DNA from: an uncultured Candidatus Saccharibacteria bacterium
Lineage (GTDB): Bacteria; Patescibacteriota; Dojkabacteria; SC72
Length of the DNA: 64,000 nt
Direction of reading: 5' to 3'
NCBI GenBank assembly: GCA_964403155.1
Contig: CAYOEG010000002.1
Location: forward strand, 74,296 to 138,295
The translations under genes and the position numbers were made by a program. The notes beneath the pieces were generated by a model. That model was given only the letters and a program-made list of their open reading frames with translations, was not told the DNA's origin and ran no database searches. Within the stretch, counting starts at the first letter, position 1, and each line of letters begins with the position of its first letter. Positions 1 to 10,449 of this stretch are shown here, piece after piece.

Positions 1-1
1 T

Positions 2-598
2 TCTAAAATTACTTCTAATCTACTACTAATCGAAAAGGACGATGAACTTGCAAAAGAGCTTTCCCTTTCATATCCCAATGTTCTCAATATAGATTTCTTA
101 GATTGGGATTTCAAAGAGTTAAACAGCGAGAAAAGCAAAAAAATAATATTTTTTGGATCCTTGCCATACAATGTAAGCAAGCCAATTATCCAAAAGATCA
201 TCTCATCTGAGTTCTTTAATAATAACTGTTATTTCATAATTCAAAAAGAAGTTGCAGATAAATACATAGCAAAGAGCCCAAACTCAAATATCCTCTCACT
301 TAAATCTCAACTTTTTGCTAATCCAACCAAATTATTTGATATCTCTCCTGGTTCATTCTTCCCTCCTCCCAAAGTGACAAGCAGTTTGATTTGTTTTGCC
401 CCCAAGTTACAGAAAATACAGCTAGATAATGAGAAATTTATAAAATTTCTTGAAAAATCTTTTAAATCACCAAGAAAAACCCTCAGAAACAATCTCAAAG
501 GTACAAATTTCAATGCAGACATACTTGCACTATTAGATAAACGCCCACAAGAGTTAACATTAGATGAATATCTTTTCCTATTCAACAATCTGATATAA
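2..598 (+). CDS. rsmA: 16S rRNA (adenine1518/1519-N6)-dimethyltransferase RsmA/KsgA, 5'-truncated by the window edge
   Basis: The reading frame is open from position 2. It contains the KsgA-type NLPY-like motif (GSLPYNVSKPIIQKII) and a C-terminal helical domain. Confidence 0.7.
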   Translation, partial: SKITSNLLLIEKDDELAKELSLSYPNVLNIDFLDWDFKELNSEKSKKIIFFGSLPYNVSKPIIQKIISSEFFNNNCYFIIQKEVADKYIAKSPNSNILSLKSQLFANPTKLFDISPGSFFPPPKVTSSLICFAPKLQKIQLDNEKFIKFLEKSFKSPRKTLRNNLKGTNFNADILALLDKRPQELTLDEYLFLFNNLI

Positions 599-608
599 TA
601 GTCTAATT

Positions 609-1079
609 ATGAAAAAGGCTAAAAAATCAGAAAAGCCGAAAGAGGAGAAAGTAAAACAACTTGATCTCGGCATAAAAGATCCATTTAAAAACAAGATTTA
701 CAAGATTAAAGGAAAAACCGACAATATCATTCTCCAATTTGAGGTAAGGAAGTTCTTTAAGGATCCATTCTTCTGGTTTGTAATCGTTTTCAGCTTAATT
801 ATGATTGCCCAGCAAATATATTGGATAATGACTAATATCTCACAGTTCCCATCTTTAACGCCAATACTTAATTACAACCTATCCTCGGATACAAGGCTCT
901 TGCCAAAAGAATACCTCTATATATTCCCTTCAATCTCAATTTTCTCTATAATTATGAGCACTATAGTTACTGCTCGCTACTACAACAAAGAAAAAATGCT
1001 ATCGAAATTGGTACTATTGTGTGGTCTTTTAGCATCCATTTCTGGGACTATAATGTTAATTCATTTAACCATTTCTTAA
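609..1079 (+). CDS. hypothetical small membrane protein
   Basis: 156-aa ORF with a lysine-rich N-terminus and several hydrophobic helices. No recognisable motif. Confidence 0.35.
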   Translation: MKKAKKSEKPKEEKVKQLDLGIKDPFKNKIYKIKGKTDNIILQFEVRKFFKDPFFWFVIVFSLIMIAQQIYWIMTNISQFPSLTPILNYNLSSDTRLLPKEYLYIFPSISIFSIIMSTIVTARYYNKEKMLSKLVLLCGLLASISGTIMLIHLTIS

Positions 1080-1080
1080 C

Positions 1081-2292
1081 ATGGATTTTTCAACAATAGC
1101 AGAGATTTTAAGCACAATACTTTCACTCCCTTTCTTTGAGACAATTGTTAATACTGAATATCATAAATACATACAATATTTACCATTGTTTCTAGGTGGA
1201 GCCGTGCTTTCACTAATTCTCGCACCAATAATTGGACATATTGCTCTCAAGAACGACATTACATACAAACCTGGTGTAAAGAAAAATCATAAGGATTTTG
1301 ACAATCCGGAGAAAGCCCTTCATGAAGGTATAACCCCGGCACTTGGAGGATTGGCAGTCGCTATCCCAGTATTACTTGCAATATTGTTGCTTTTTAAATT
1401 AGATAGCTTTACAATCCCCATTTTAATAGCATTCCTAGTCCTTACTGTCGGATCTACCCTCGATGATATATTGAATCTACCTGCAAAAGTACAACTTGGA
1501 TATCAGATCGTCGCAGCATTAATAATTGCAACTTCAGTAATAAACCTTGGAAACTCTTCATTCGTTGGAATAGATTTTAACTTTGCTACATGGGATTTTT
1601 CACTATTAGGATTACAGCTTTCGCTAGCTTTCCCTGGAGATATAATTCTCTTCATCTGGATTCTAGTATGTATCAATGCTGTAAAATGGACCGCCGGTTC
1701 TCCTGGAATTATTGAGGCAAATTCTTTGACTATTTTTGCCCTCATTTTTGTTATTGCAGTAAGGTACGAATCTGTATTTTCATCCACTCTTTCAATCGTT
1801 GCAGCAGGTGCATTGCTGGTTTTCCTAGTGTTTGCTTTCCCACCACAAAAAATCATGTCTGGATCCACCGGAAAAACGATATATGGCTTCCTAATATGCA
1901 TATTAGCAATAGTAGCAGATACGAAATTTTCAACTACATTGATGCTAGTCCTCATTCCAGTAATAGACTTTGTATATGTAATACTCAAGAGATTAATTGC
2001 ATACAAACCAAAATCTTTTGCAGAGCTATTGCGCATAAATGATACTAGTCACCTACATCATCAATTAATGAAATTAAACCTCACAAGAGGACAAATTGTA
2101 TTAATTGAGATGGTAGTTACACTCTTAATTGGTTCCATTGCCGTTTTAAGTACTGGAGCTATTAGATACTTCGCATTAATTCTGGGTGCTGCACTAGGTA
2201 TTGCCTTTATCGTTATAGCAAATATCCGTGCTTCCAAACAAAAAGAGAAAAAATTGAAAGAAAAATCACCAGAGTCCCGATACTCCTACTAG
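1081..2292 (+). CDS. glycosyltransferase family 4 (MraY/WecA-like polyprenyl-phosphate sugar-phosphate transferase), divergent
   Basis: Polytopic membrane protein with MraY/WecA-type motifs: GITPALGG, the DD motif in STLDDILNL, and a C-terminal HLHH. The central NxxNxxDGxDGL motif is degenerate (AGSPGI). Confidence 0.5.
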   Translation: MDFSTIAEILSTILSLPFFETIVNTEYHKYIQYLPLFLGGAVLSLILAPIIGHIALKNDITYKPGVKKNHKDFDNPEKALHEGITPALGGLAVAIPVLLAILLLFKLDSFTIPILIAFLVLTVGSTLDDILNLPAKVQLGYQIVAALIIATSVINLGNSSFVGIDFNFATWDFSLLGLQLSLAFPGDIILFIWILVCINAVKWTAGSPGIIEANSLTIFALIFVIAVRYESVFSSTLSIVAAGALLVFLVFAFPPQKIMSGSTGKTIYGFLICILAIVADTKFSTTLMLVLIPVIDFVYVILKRLIAYKPKSFAELLRINDTSHLHHQLMKLNLTRGQIVLIEMVVTLLIGSIAVLSTGAIRYFALILGAALGIAFIVIANIRASKQKEKKLKEKSPESRYSY

Positions 2293-2332
2293 TTTCTAGA
2301 CAAATCAAGTAGCTATGAATATAATCTAGATA

Positions 2333-2974
2333 ATGAAAAATCGTAAAACTGTCCTAATAATAGCGATCGCTATTCTTGTTATATCCATAATTCTGTATTT
2401 TCTTCCTCTTGGAAAGATTTTGGGCAGTATCCCTCTCTTAAATGTGTTCTACAACAACACCTCTATGGAGATAATTGTCGAGAAAGGTAAGGCACAGGTA
2501 CAGATCAATGATAAAGATTACGGACAAACCCCCGTAACAGTTGAGAATCTAAAAGAGGGAAAATATGCAATCGAACTTAGTAAAATAGCAGGAGATGATA
2601 CCTTCTATGAAAACCAAACTTTTGAGGTTGAGATCTCAAAAAACACATCTGCAAGGATCGATATTGAAATAGGCCCTGAGAATATTCTTAACGGTACCAT
2701 CCTCTACTATACAGAAGCCGCAAATACCCAAAAGGGCAAAGGCTTGCTCACTATAACTAGTTCGGTTGAAGAAGCCAAGGTATATGTAGATAAGGAATAC
2801 CTGGGGACATCCCCAATTACAAATCTTGAGCTAGCTGATAATCAGTACCAAGTAAAGGTTTCAGCCCAAGGATACGAAGATGTTGAAATCCCTGTTTTTG
2901 TACGATCAGGATACCTTCTCAACCTAAAAACTTTTCATTTCCCTATACCAGTAAATTTTGATACAGTTGAATAA
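2333..2974 (+). CDS. PEGA-domain protein (signal-anchored)
   Basis: N-terminal TM helix and two PEGA-like repeats (AQVQINDKDYGQTPVTV...KYAIEL and AKVYVDKEYLGTSPITNLELADNQYQVKVSAQGYEDVE). Confidence 0.5.
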   Translation: MKNRKTVLIIAIAILVISIILYFLPLGKILGSIPLLNVFYNNTSMEIIVEKGKAQVQINDKDYGQTPVTVENLKEGKYAIELSKIAGDDTFYENQTFEVEISKNTSARIDIEIGPENILNGTILYYTEAANTQKGKGLLTITSSVEEAKVYVDKEYLGTSPITNLELADNQYQVKVSAQGYEDVEIPVFVRSGYLLNLKTFHFPIPVNFDTVE

Positions 2975-2975
2975 C

Positions 2976-5975
2976 ATGAAGAATTCAAAATTAGACAAAA
3001 TTAAAGCACAAACACCAGTCTCTCTCCTTATACATGGGGGAAACAGAACGGGTTATTTAATTGCGAAAACATTAATAGAACAAGGTTGTCATGTCATTAT
3101 CGTAGATAATTACAACTCACAAACTAGCAAGTATATCTCGGAACTTAAAGGCTCCGCCTTAGTAGATTTCTTTGAATTCAAAGGTCTTGAGAATATATAT
3201 AAAGATATTAAGAGATATGACTATCTCTTCTATTTCTTAAACAATGCACTTCAGTCGAAGGAATATGATAGTAAAGAATTCATTCGAGAATCTGGTTATT
3301 TAGAAGAAAGTCTCAAAAGTGCCAAAAAGCACAATGCAAAAGTCTCTCTAATATCTTCACTACGATTAAACCGAGAACTCGCCAACAGAGTTAATAATCT
3401 AAAAATGGCATCCCCATCGCCTTACTCTGGAATGGAATTACAAAAATATTGTGAGACTCTCTCTGCAGAATTCAGAGACAAGACGAATTTGAATATTAGG
3501 ATTCTTAGGTTAGGAACAGTACTTGGTAAAGGTGTAACGAAGATTGATAATGAAACTCTACACGAACTTGTAAAGGATGCTACACAGAAGCCACAGATTA
3601 CAATAAAAGGGGAGGGATTAGATATACACAATATTATTGACGAAAGAGATGCTGTATATGGGATTCTTAAGCTTACATTCTCGGACAAAACGAAAGGCGA
3701 AGTTGTAACTCTCGCCAATAAAAATAATTACACAACGCTATCAATTGCATACAAACTACTCGAACTTAACACAGAATCTCAATCCATAAAGTTTGTAGAA
3801 AATCCTCAAAGGGATTTCGTCGTACAAGATCTGTATGTGCCTGCACCACATGCTTCGAAATATGGATGGGTTCAACAGGTTACATTGGAGGAAACCATGG
3901 CAGATCAGATTCACACGTACTACGATGATATAAACAAGGATTGGAGCTACGATCAAAGACCAACAAAGAAGGCAATCGACAATGTTAAGACTGCCAAGAC
4001 AGGGCTTGGGAAATTTCTGGATAAGCTTGTGAGTCCATTTAGGAAATTAAATCCTGGAGAAAGACAAAAGCGAGAGAAAAAAGAGATAAAACCTGGACAG
4101 GTATTAAAGATCGCCGGGATTACAGCATCATTAATTGTCTCGACGTACTTCTTGATATATCCACTAATTAGCGTCTCTTTGGGACTTCTTTTCATCTCAG
4201 CCAATAGCAAAGATCTCAAGGATTCCCTCGTAAGTATGAATACAACCAATAGTGAAAGGAAAGTTGTACAGATACAGGAGAATGTTGAGAGAATGACAGC
4301 GGGGTTGCAGAATCTCCGATGGGCATTTATCGTTTTTGGTCAGGATGCACTCTATACAAATACAACACAACTTCTACTCAGTGCTCAGTATGCAGCCGAT
4401 GGAGCAGAAGACATGTTACAAGCTACTCAGCCACTTTTCGAATATGTTCGGGACTTCCAACCAGCGATTAGCTTGGGTTCATCTGTTCCAACTACAACCA
4501 GAGAATACACCACATATCTTAACGATATCGAGCAGAATAGTTACAAAATTACTGAAGCTGCATACAAGATTTCGCTAGCAGAAGGGATCTTAGAGCAGGT
4601 GAATATAAATACATTTCCGCAAGCTGGAAGAGATAAGATATCCGAAATTAAAGACACAGTTTCTACTTTAAACACAGCGACCCAGACATTTAAAGAAGTC
4701 CTTACATTCCTTCCGGATGTCTTGGGTGTAGATGAAAGACAAAGATATCTCGTCCTGCTTCAAAACGAATCAGAGCTCAGAAGCACTGGGGGTTGGTTAA
4801 CAAGTTATGGAGTCATTGGCGTAGAAGGGGGGCAAATCAGAGAGTTATTTGTAGATGACATTTACAATGCTGACGGGACACTAAAGGCTCAAGGCAAAAC
4901 ATACACAGCACCTAAATCAATGCAACAAGCACTTGGTGTAACAATATGGCCATTCTCTTTGATAAACTGGTATCCAGATCTTACAGAGACTGAAGTATCC
5001 GCAGAGCCATATATCTCAGATCTTGGAAAAGGTAACGATTTAGATGGTGTGATCACAATTGATGTCGCATTTATTCAAAAACTTCTTCAGAAATGGGGAG
5101 GAATTGAGGTACCTGGGCAGAGCGAACTCATTACCAGCGAGAACCTTTACTCTAAAATCTTCGAGATGCACGAATCATTTACTCCAGGTTCTACACAAAA
5201 AACTACTTTCTTAGCAGATTTGGCAAACCAGATTATAACAAAGGTTCTTTCGATGAACTTTACAGATCTTACAACTCTAGGAGAGGTATTTGAAGAATCC
5301 TTAAATGAAAAACATCTTCAAGCGACATTCGAAAACACAGATGCTTACAATTTCTTTAACAAGAAAGAGTGGGCTGGATCACTAGATTCGCGATACGGGG
5401 AAGCACCAATTGCAATAGACTGGAATTGGGGTGGAAATAAAGCCAATCTGTACCTTACCAAGAATTACAATCTCAATGTTAATATTAAGGATGAAAATAC
5501 AATAGATTTTACATACTCCATAACTACTGAAAACACTTCAAAAACAACAACATATCCAGAAGGAGACTACACAAACTATCAGAGAATATACATACCTGCA
5601 AATGCAACGCTTCTTTCAGCCAAAGGATTTGAGAATAATACATTCAGCACAATAAGAGAAAGTGGGTTCAAGATTATTGGCGGATGGTTCAATATCCCAA
5701 TACAATCAACAAAGACATTAGAGATGTCATACCGAATAACTCGAGAAGGTTCTAACTTCCCATTAGAATTAAATGAAAAGAATATCTTTTTAGATTTAAA
5801 CATATTTAAGCAAGCTGGGGAGAGAGCACATGCATACAAGTTGGATATAACATATCCAGAGAACTGGAATGTAGAATCCTCTGGCAATCTTAATAGCATA
5901 TCAAACCAACTTTCCGGTAGGTTTGAGCTAGCTACAAATCAAACATTTAATATAGTCTGGAACAACGGAAATTAA
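2976..5975 (+). CDS. large envelope protein: N-terminal NAD-dependent epimerase/dehydratase-like Rossmann domain, a TM segment, and a C-terminal DUF4012-like extracytoplasmic domain
   Basis: The N-terminus has a Rossmann glycine-rich motif (LIHGGNRTGYLIAKTLIEQGCHVIIVDN). A TM helix lies near aa 380-410. The C-terminal region resembles DUF4012 (NESELRSTGGWLTSYGVIGVEGGQI). The start was moved to the ATG at 2976, immediately after the upstream stop codon. Confidence 0.45.
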   Translation: MKNSKLDKIKAQTPVSLLIHGGNRTGYLIAKTLIEQGCHVIIVDNYNSQTSKYISELKGSALVDFFEFKGLENIYKDIKRYDYLFYFLNNALQSKEYDSKEFIRESGYLEESLKSAKKHNAKVSLISSLRLNRELANRVNNLKMASPSPYSGMELQKYCETLSAEFRDKTNLNIRILRLGTVLGKGVTKIDNETLHELVKDATQKPQITIKGEGLDIHNIIDERDAVYGILKLTFSDKTKGEVVTLANKNNYTTLSIAYKLLELNTESQSIKFVENPQRDFVVQDLYVPAPHASKYGWVQQVTLEETMADQIHTYYDDINKDWSYDQRPTKKAIDNVKTAKTGLGKFLDKLVSPFRKLNPGERQKREKKEIKPGQVLKIAGITASLIVSTYFLIYPLISVSLGLLFISANSKDLKDSLVSMNTTNSERKVVQIQENVERMTAGLQNLRWAFIVFGQDALYTNTTQLLLSAQYAADGAEDMLQATQPLFEYVRDFQPAISLGSSVPTTTREYTTYLNDIEQNSYKITEAAYKISLAEGILEQVNINTFPQAGRDKISEIKDTVSTLNTATQTFKEVLTFLPDVLGVDERQRYLVLLQNESELRSTGGWLTSYGVIGVEGGQIRELFVDDIYNADGTLKAQGKTYTAPKSMQQALGVTIWPFSLINWYPDLTETEVSAEPYISDLGKGNDLDGVITIDVAFIQKLLQKWGGIEVPGQSELITSENLYSKIFEMHESFTPGSTQKTTFLADLANQIITKVLSMNFTDLTTLGEVFEESLNEKHLQATFENTDAYNFFNKKEWAGSLDSRYGEAPIAIDWNWGGNKANLYLTKNYNLNVNIKDENTIDFTYSITTENTSKTTTYPEGDYTNYQRIYIPANATLLSAKGFENNTFSTIRESGFKIIGGWFNIPIQSTKTLEMSYRITREGSNFPLELNEKNIFLDLNIFKQAGERAHAYKLDITYPENWNVESSGNLNSISNQLSGRFELATNQTFNIVWNNGN

Positions 5976-6310
5976 AGAATAACCTTTGGGTTTTCTTTCA
6001 AACATGTGTATATTTCAAGGATATTCTGGGGTGTTATCTCTTTTTCACTGGAGAATTTTTTAAGCTCTTTTACATCAAGATCTGTATTTATTGCCACTCG
6101 ATTACTAATACCAAGTGGAATAACTAACGTAGCAATGTGCTTTGATTTACAATTATGACACGAAAAGTGTATAATGCTTGATACTCCAGTGTTCTGGATT
6201 ATATTAACATCTTCAAGAGCATACTGAGTGCCACATTTATCACAAAACCGAGCAACGGTATCTAAGAAAAATTGTTTCTTTTGTATTAACATGTCCTTTT
6301 TACTGTCCAT
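5972..6310 (-). CDS. hypothetical zinc-ribbon protein
   Basis: Two Cys pairs (CDKCGT...CHNCKS). The start was trimmed to an internal Met (6310) to avoid overlap with the divergent rpoD start. Confidence 0.35.
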   Translation of the reverse strand: MDSKKDMLIQKKQFFLDTVARFCDKCGTQYALEDVNIIQNTGVSSIIHFSCHNCKSKHIATLVIPLGISNRVAINTDLDVKELKKFSSEKEITPQNILEIYTCLKENPKVIL

Positions 6311-6337
6311 ATCTAAAATTATATCATAATTCCTTCT

Positions 6338-7417
6338 ATGACAGACAAAGAGAAAGCCATTAAAATATTGGTTGAGAAAGGGAAAGATCAAGGTTTCCTT
6401 ACACAAGAGGATCTTTTAGATGTATTTCCAACAGTAGAAGAAGACGTAGAGCTTTTGGATGATATTTTCGCTTCATTGCAAGAGAATGATATTGAGGTAC
6501 TAGAGCCAGAAGAAAATCCTGAGACATTAGAAAAAGAAGAGCTTACACTCGAGAAGAAAATCCGGATTCTTAAAACTATTCAATCCAGTCTTTCCACTGA
6601 TGCTATTAGGTCATACCTGTATGAGATAGGGAGGATTCCCCTACTTACAGGAGAAGAAGAGAAGATCCTTGCAAAAAGAATCGAGGCAGGAGATGAGGAA
6701 GCTACACAGTTGTTAATAACTGCAAACCTTAGATTGGTTGTCAGTATTGCAAAGAAATACAGTAAGAGCGGATTAGAACTATTAGATTTAATCCAAGAGG
6801 GAAACATCGGTTTGATGAGGGCAGTTGAGAAATTTGATTACACTAAAGGTTTCAAGTTCTCTACATATGCTACTTGGTGGATCAGACAAGCAATTACAAG
6901 AGCAATCGCAGATCAAGCAAGAACTATCCGTGTACCAGTGCATATGATTGAAACCATCAACAAATTCAACAAGGTTAACAACGCATTAACCACCAGATTG
7001 GGTAGACCTCCTGTAGATGAAGAAATCGCAAAAGAGATGGATATTGAGTTAGAGAAGGTTGCAGAAATTAGAAAGATCAAACAGAATCCTACTTCTCTTT
7101 CTACACCAATAGGGGAGGAGAAAGATAGCAAGCTTCAAGATGTCATCGCCGATGATTGGTCACAATCTCCAGAAGAGTATGCTACTTCGGAGTATCTTAG
7201 GAATCAGTTGAAGGACATTTTAGATACTCTTCAAGACAGAGAAAGAAGAGTCCTATCTCTAAGATTTGGATTAGATGATGGTGTTTCCAGAACATTAGAA
7301 GAGGTTGGAAAAGAATTCGGTGTAACCAGAGAAAGAATCAGACAGATCGAAGCGAAGGCATTAAAGAAACTCAAGGAGAAATCCGCCCAACAGAAATTAG
7401 ATGACTATATAGATTAA
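6338..7417 (+). CDS. rpoD: RNA polymerase primary sigma factor (sigma-70 family)
   Basis: Regions 1.2 through 4 are recognisable. Motifs include [72 protein letters not shown], and a C-terminal HTH ([24 protein letters not shown]). Confidence 0.9.
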   Translation: MTDKEKAIKILVEKGKDQGFLTQEDLLDVFPTVEEDVELLDDIFASLQENDIEVLEPEENPETLEKEELTLEKKIRILKTIQSSLSTDAIRSYLYEIGRIPLLTGEEEKILAKRIEAGDEEATQLLITANLRLVVSIAKKYSKSGLELLDLIQEGNIGLMRAVEKFDYTKGFKFSTYATWWIRQAITRAIADQARTIRVPVHMIETINKFNKVNNALTTRLGRPPVDEEIAKEMDIELEKVAEIRKIKQNPTSLSTPIGEEKDSKLQDVIADDWSQSPEEYATSEYLRNQLKDILDTLQDRERRVLSLRFGLDDGVSRTLEEVGKEFGVTRERIRQIEAKALKKLKEKSAQQKLDDYID

Positions 7418-7659
7418 TTTGAACTTTCCGTTAAGTTCAAAAACTGGGAGGGAGATACTGTAAAACTCTTAGATGTTCTCTCTGTAACAAGATTCAATTC
7501 TTCTTCATCAAAAGAGGGTGATAATTGTTTTGTATATGATGAAGCATTTGGGTTAACATCTACATCATTTGTACTGAAATATATTGTAGACCCAACCCAA
7601 ACAACAGCCACTACTAGGAGAAGAACTAGTGCTATTAATGATTTTTTAATCCATTCCAT
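7414..7659 (-). CDS. small single-pass membrane protein
   Basis: 81-aa ORF with an N-terminal TM helix. It is the last gene of a minus-strand trio with the PilN/PilO-like genes. Confidence 0.3.
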   Translation of the reverse strand: MEWIKKSLIALVLLLVVAVVWVGSTIYFSTNDVDVNPNASSYTKQLSPSFDEEELNLVTERTSKSFTVSPSQFLNLTESSN

Positions 7660-7664
7660 ATTGC

Positions 7665-8291
7665 TTAGTTATAAAAGTTATTATTATCTATTTTATAAAT
7701 TCTCAGGGTTATACTAAAGTTTGTTAGACCACCGGAATCCTTCTGATCAGAATAGGCAAACGATTCCACTACTGGATACATTGGTAAAGCTTCCAAACTT
7801 TTCAGTAAATTCACCACATTTGATATATTTCCCTTTGCAACAACCTGCATAGACCATGGGATTAAAACTTTGGGTGTAAAAGTGACATTCTTGTCACTAT
7901 ATTTATCAAAATCTACACCTATCATGGAGAAGCTATTTCTTGATAAAACAGATTCTATATTTGCGAGAAGCAAACTAAAATTCCCATTAGAAGGATATAT
8001 CAGTTCAAGATCGCCCAAGTTCGTACTAAGATCCTCGTACTGTTTATCTAATGTGCTTAGTGTATTAATCTTCGCCTCCAATGAGGTATTCAACCTGTTC
8101 TTTTCCTTAATACTCGAATTTATCTGTGTAATTGTGATAATTGTCGGACGAACAGCAAATATTATCAAAAGAATAGAGACAAAGACTGTAACTCCAGCGA
8201 AGATATATCCCTTCTTCTTCTCCGGAGATTCCTTAATTAATTTAATATATTCCGTTGTATTCAATCCTTTTTCTTCCATATTAATCAACAA
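7665..8291 (-). CDS. PilO-like type IV pilus assembly protein (tentative)
   Basis: N-terminal TM, a coiled coil (NRLNTSLEAKINTLSTLDKQYEDLS), and a C-terminal segment resembling PilO (LLKSLEALPMYPVVESFAYS). Confidence 0.35.
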   Translation of the reverse strand: MLINMEEKGLNTTEYIKLIKESPEKKKGYIFAGVTVFVSILLIIFAVRPTIITITQINSSIKEKNRLNTSLEAKINTLSTLDKQYEDLSTNLGDLELIYPSNGNFSLLLANIESVLSRNSFSMIGVDFDKYSDKNVTFTPKVLIPWSMQVVAKGNISNVVNLLKSLEALPMYPVVESFAYSDQKDSGGLTNFSITLRIYKIDNNNFYN

Positions 8292-8832
8292 TAATTGAGA
8301 AATTTACATTAACAACTATCTCGCTACTGTCCTTGTTTATATTGAATGATACATCTGAGTAATTAGGATTATTTTTCAACGAGGATTCATAATCTTTTAT
8401 TGCATCCAAACTATTGGATGTAAGCCTGAGGGCGACCTTGTTTACAGAATATCCGAATGTAGAAAGATGCAAGGAAGAAGGAATACCGCTGATCAATTCG
8501 CTTATCTTTACCGAATTTATTTCCTGTCTCTCCCTTATTATTCCGATATCGTTTAAAAGATATTGATAATTTTCATAAAGTGCAGCATTTTTTTGCCAGG
8601 TCTCATTCGAAAGAAGAGTTACTTTCCCATTAACATCTTCTGTCAGATCATTATTCTGTTTATCCAATATGAATCTTGAAAAGAAAACCCCTAAGACAAC
8701 CACCTCCACAGCGATCAACATATATTTTCCTACATTGGTCAACCATATATATGCATTGGCCCAGATATCAGTAGGGGAATATACAGGCTGAAGGAAGTCT
8801 ATCGATTGTGGCTGTTTTTTACTATTAAACAT
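8281..8832 (-). CDS. PilN-like fimbrial assembly protein (tentative)
   Basis: Bitopic architecture (TM helix, then a periplasmic domain). Its stop overlaps the start of the PilO-like gene. Confidence 0.3.
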   Translation of the reverse strand: MFNSKKQPQSIDFLQPVYSPTDIWANAYIWLTNVGKYMLIAVEVVVLGVFFSRFILDKQNNDLTEDVNGKVTLLSNETWQKNAALYENYQYLLNDIGIIRERQEINSVKISELISGIPSSLHLSTFGYSVNKVALRLTSNSLDAIKDYESSLKNNPNYSDVSFNINKDSSEIVVNVNFSIIVD

Positions 8833-8871
8833 TTGGCAGTTTTAATTTTTTACTACGTTTAGTATAGCATA

Positions 8872-10323
8872 TTATGTTTCTATTTTAGGGAAGAGTATAA
8901 CCTTCTCAAAATTTTCTAATGCATTATTAGCATTTTCTGTACTAATTGGGATAATAGGGGAGTAACAAGCGATTACATGTTTTAAGAGGTAGCTCAAATT
9001 GTTCAATATGATTCCAGCTTCTCCTACTTCTTTGCTCCACGGTTCTTCTTTCGTAATATATTTGTTTCCATAGTCTGCAAGTTGATCAATCTTTTCACCA
9101 GCAGAATATAGTTCATAATTTTCATACAAGCTATTAATCTCGCCTACATACCCGTCAACTGTTGTCTTGAACTCCTTTTCTACTTTCTCTTCATTATTCA
9201 TCTCTACCTCCTTCGCATTGGCAAGATGGATGACTCTGTTGAGAAGATTTCCAAAGTTGTTTGCTAATCTCGAGTTATACATGTTAACCAAGTCGTCTTC
9301 TTTGTATGCAGCATCGTCATAAGTGGTTATACCAGTTAGCAGATAGAATCTAACTATCTCTGCACCATATTTCTGTTCCTGTTCAAAAGGAGAGATTATG
9401 TTACCTACGGTTTTTGACATTTTAGTTCCATCAGATCCCAGTACCATACCATGTACTAGTAACTTGTCTGATTGTGGCAATCCTGCGGACGCCAACATAC
9501 CTTGCCATATTGCACCTTGGAATCTCAAGTTATCCGGGCCACATGTTTGTACTGGTCCCCACCATTGATTAAATCTCTCTTCATCACGTCCATATCCTAC
9601 TGCAATAGCATAGTTGGTCAATGCATCAAACCAGACATACATCATCTGAGTAGGGTCGTCAGGAACTTCAATACCCCATGGGAGATTTTCTCTTAATCTT
9701 GAGATGCTAATATCTTCCATCTCAGATATGAATTTCTTCAATTCCTCCATTTTGTATGCAGGTTTTACAAAGTCTTTGTTTTCATCTAGCCACTTTAAGA
9801 GTTGATCTCGGTATTTAGAAAGTCTGAAGAAATAGTTTTCCTCTGTCTTTTTCTCTGGTTCTGTATGATGATCTGGACATTTACCATCTACCAATTCTTT
9901 TTCTGTTAGATATCTTTCACAACCTACGCAATAGAGTCCTGTGTATTCCTTTTTGTATATATCTCCACTCTCATTGCATTTATTCCAGAATACTTGTGCT
10001 AATTCATGATGCTTAGGATCAGAGGTTCTGTAGAAGTTGTCATATGATATGTCAAAGAGTTTGCAAAAATCCATTACTCTTTGTGCATATTTATCTACAA
10101 ATGTTTTTAATTCCAATCCTTCTTCTTGTGCTTTGTAATATATTTTCTGTCCATGTTCATCTGTTCCTACATTGAAGAATACATTTTCCTTTCCTAATTT
10201 GTTTCTAAAATATCTTACTATTGTATCTGCTTGTACAAATTCTAAGGCGTGTCCTATATGGAGTTCTGCATTTACATAGGGGAGTGTAGTTGTTAGGTAG
10301 AATTTTTGTTTATTCATAAGCAA
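8872..10323 (-). CDS. metG: methionine--tRNA ligase (short form)
   Basis: Class I HIGH motif (LHIGHAL), GTDEHGQKI, a Cys knuckle (CVGCERY...CPDHH), and KMSKT. Confidence 0.8.
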   Translation of the reverse strand: MLMNKQKFYLTTTLPYVNAELHIGHALEFVQADTIVRYFRNKLGKENVFFNVGTDEHGQKIYYKAQEEGLELKTFVDKYAQRVMDFCKLFDISYDNFYRTSDPKHHELAQVFWNKCNESGDIYKKEYTGLYCVGCERYLTEKELVDGKCPDHHTEPEKKTEENYFFRLSKYRDQLLKWLDENKDFVKPAYKMEELKKFISEMEDISISRLRENLPWGIEVPDDPTQMMYVWFDALTNYAIAVGYGRDEERFNQWWGPVQTCGPDNLRFQGAIWQGMLASAGLPQSDKLLVHGMVLGSDGTKMSKTVGNIISPFEQEQKYGAEIVRFYLLTGITTYDDAAYKEDDLVNMYNSRLANNFGNLLNRVIHLANAKEVEMNNEEKVEKEFKTTVDGYVGEINSLYENYELYSAGEKIDQLADYGNKYITKEEPWSKEVGEAGIILNNLSYLLKHVIACYSPIIPISTENANNALENFEKVILFPKIET

Positions 10324-10449
10324 AATAATAGCAAAAATGTAGTAAATATACCACTATTAAACAACATCTTAGCCTACTGTAAAACAACGATTAACGAAAT
10401 CGCCGTACGGAATACTGTATTATATTATTATAGAATCCAATTCAAGGAA

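Noticed and set aside
1503-2036. A 177-aa minus-strand ORF.
   Set aside because: It is antisense to the GT4 membrane-protein gene and has no motifs.
7418-7445. The hairpin TTGAACTTTCCGTTAAGTTCAA after rpoD, considered as a terminator.
   Set aside because: A 7-bp stem is present, but no U-run follows on either strand. It may still act between the convergent genes, but this is not supportable as an intrinsic terminator.
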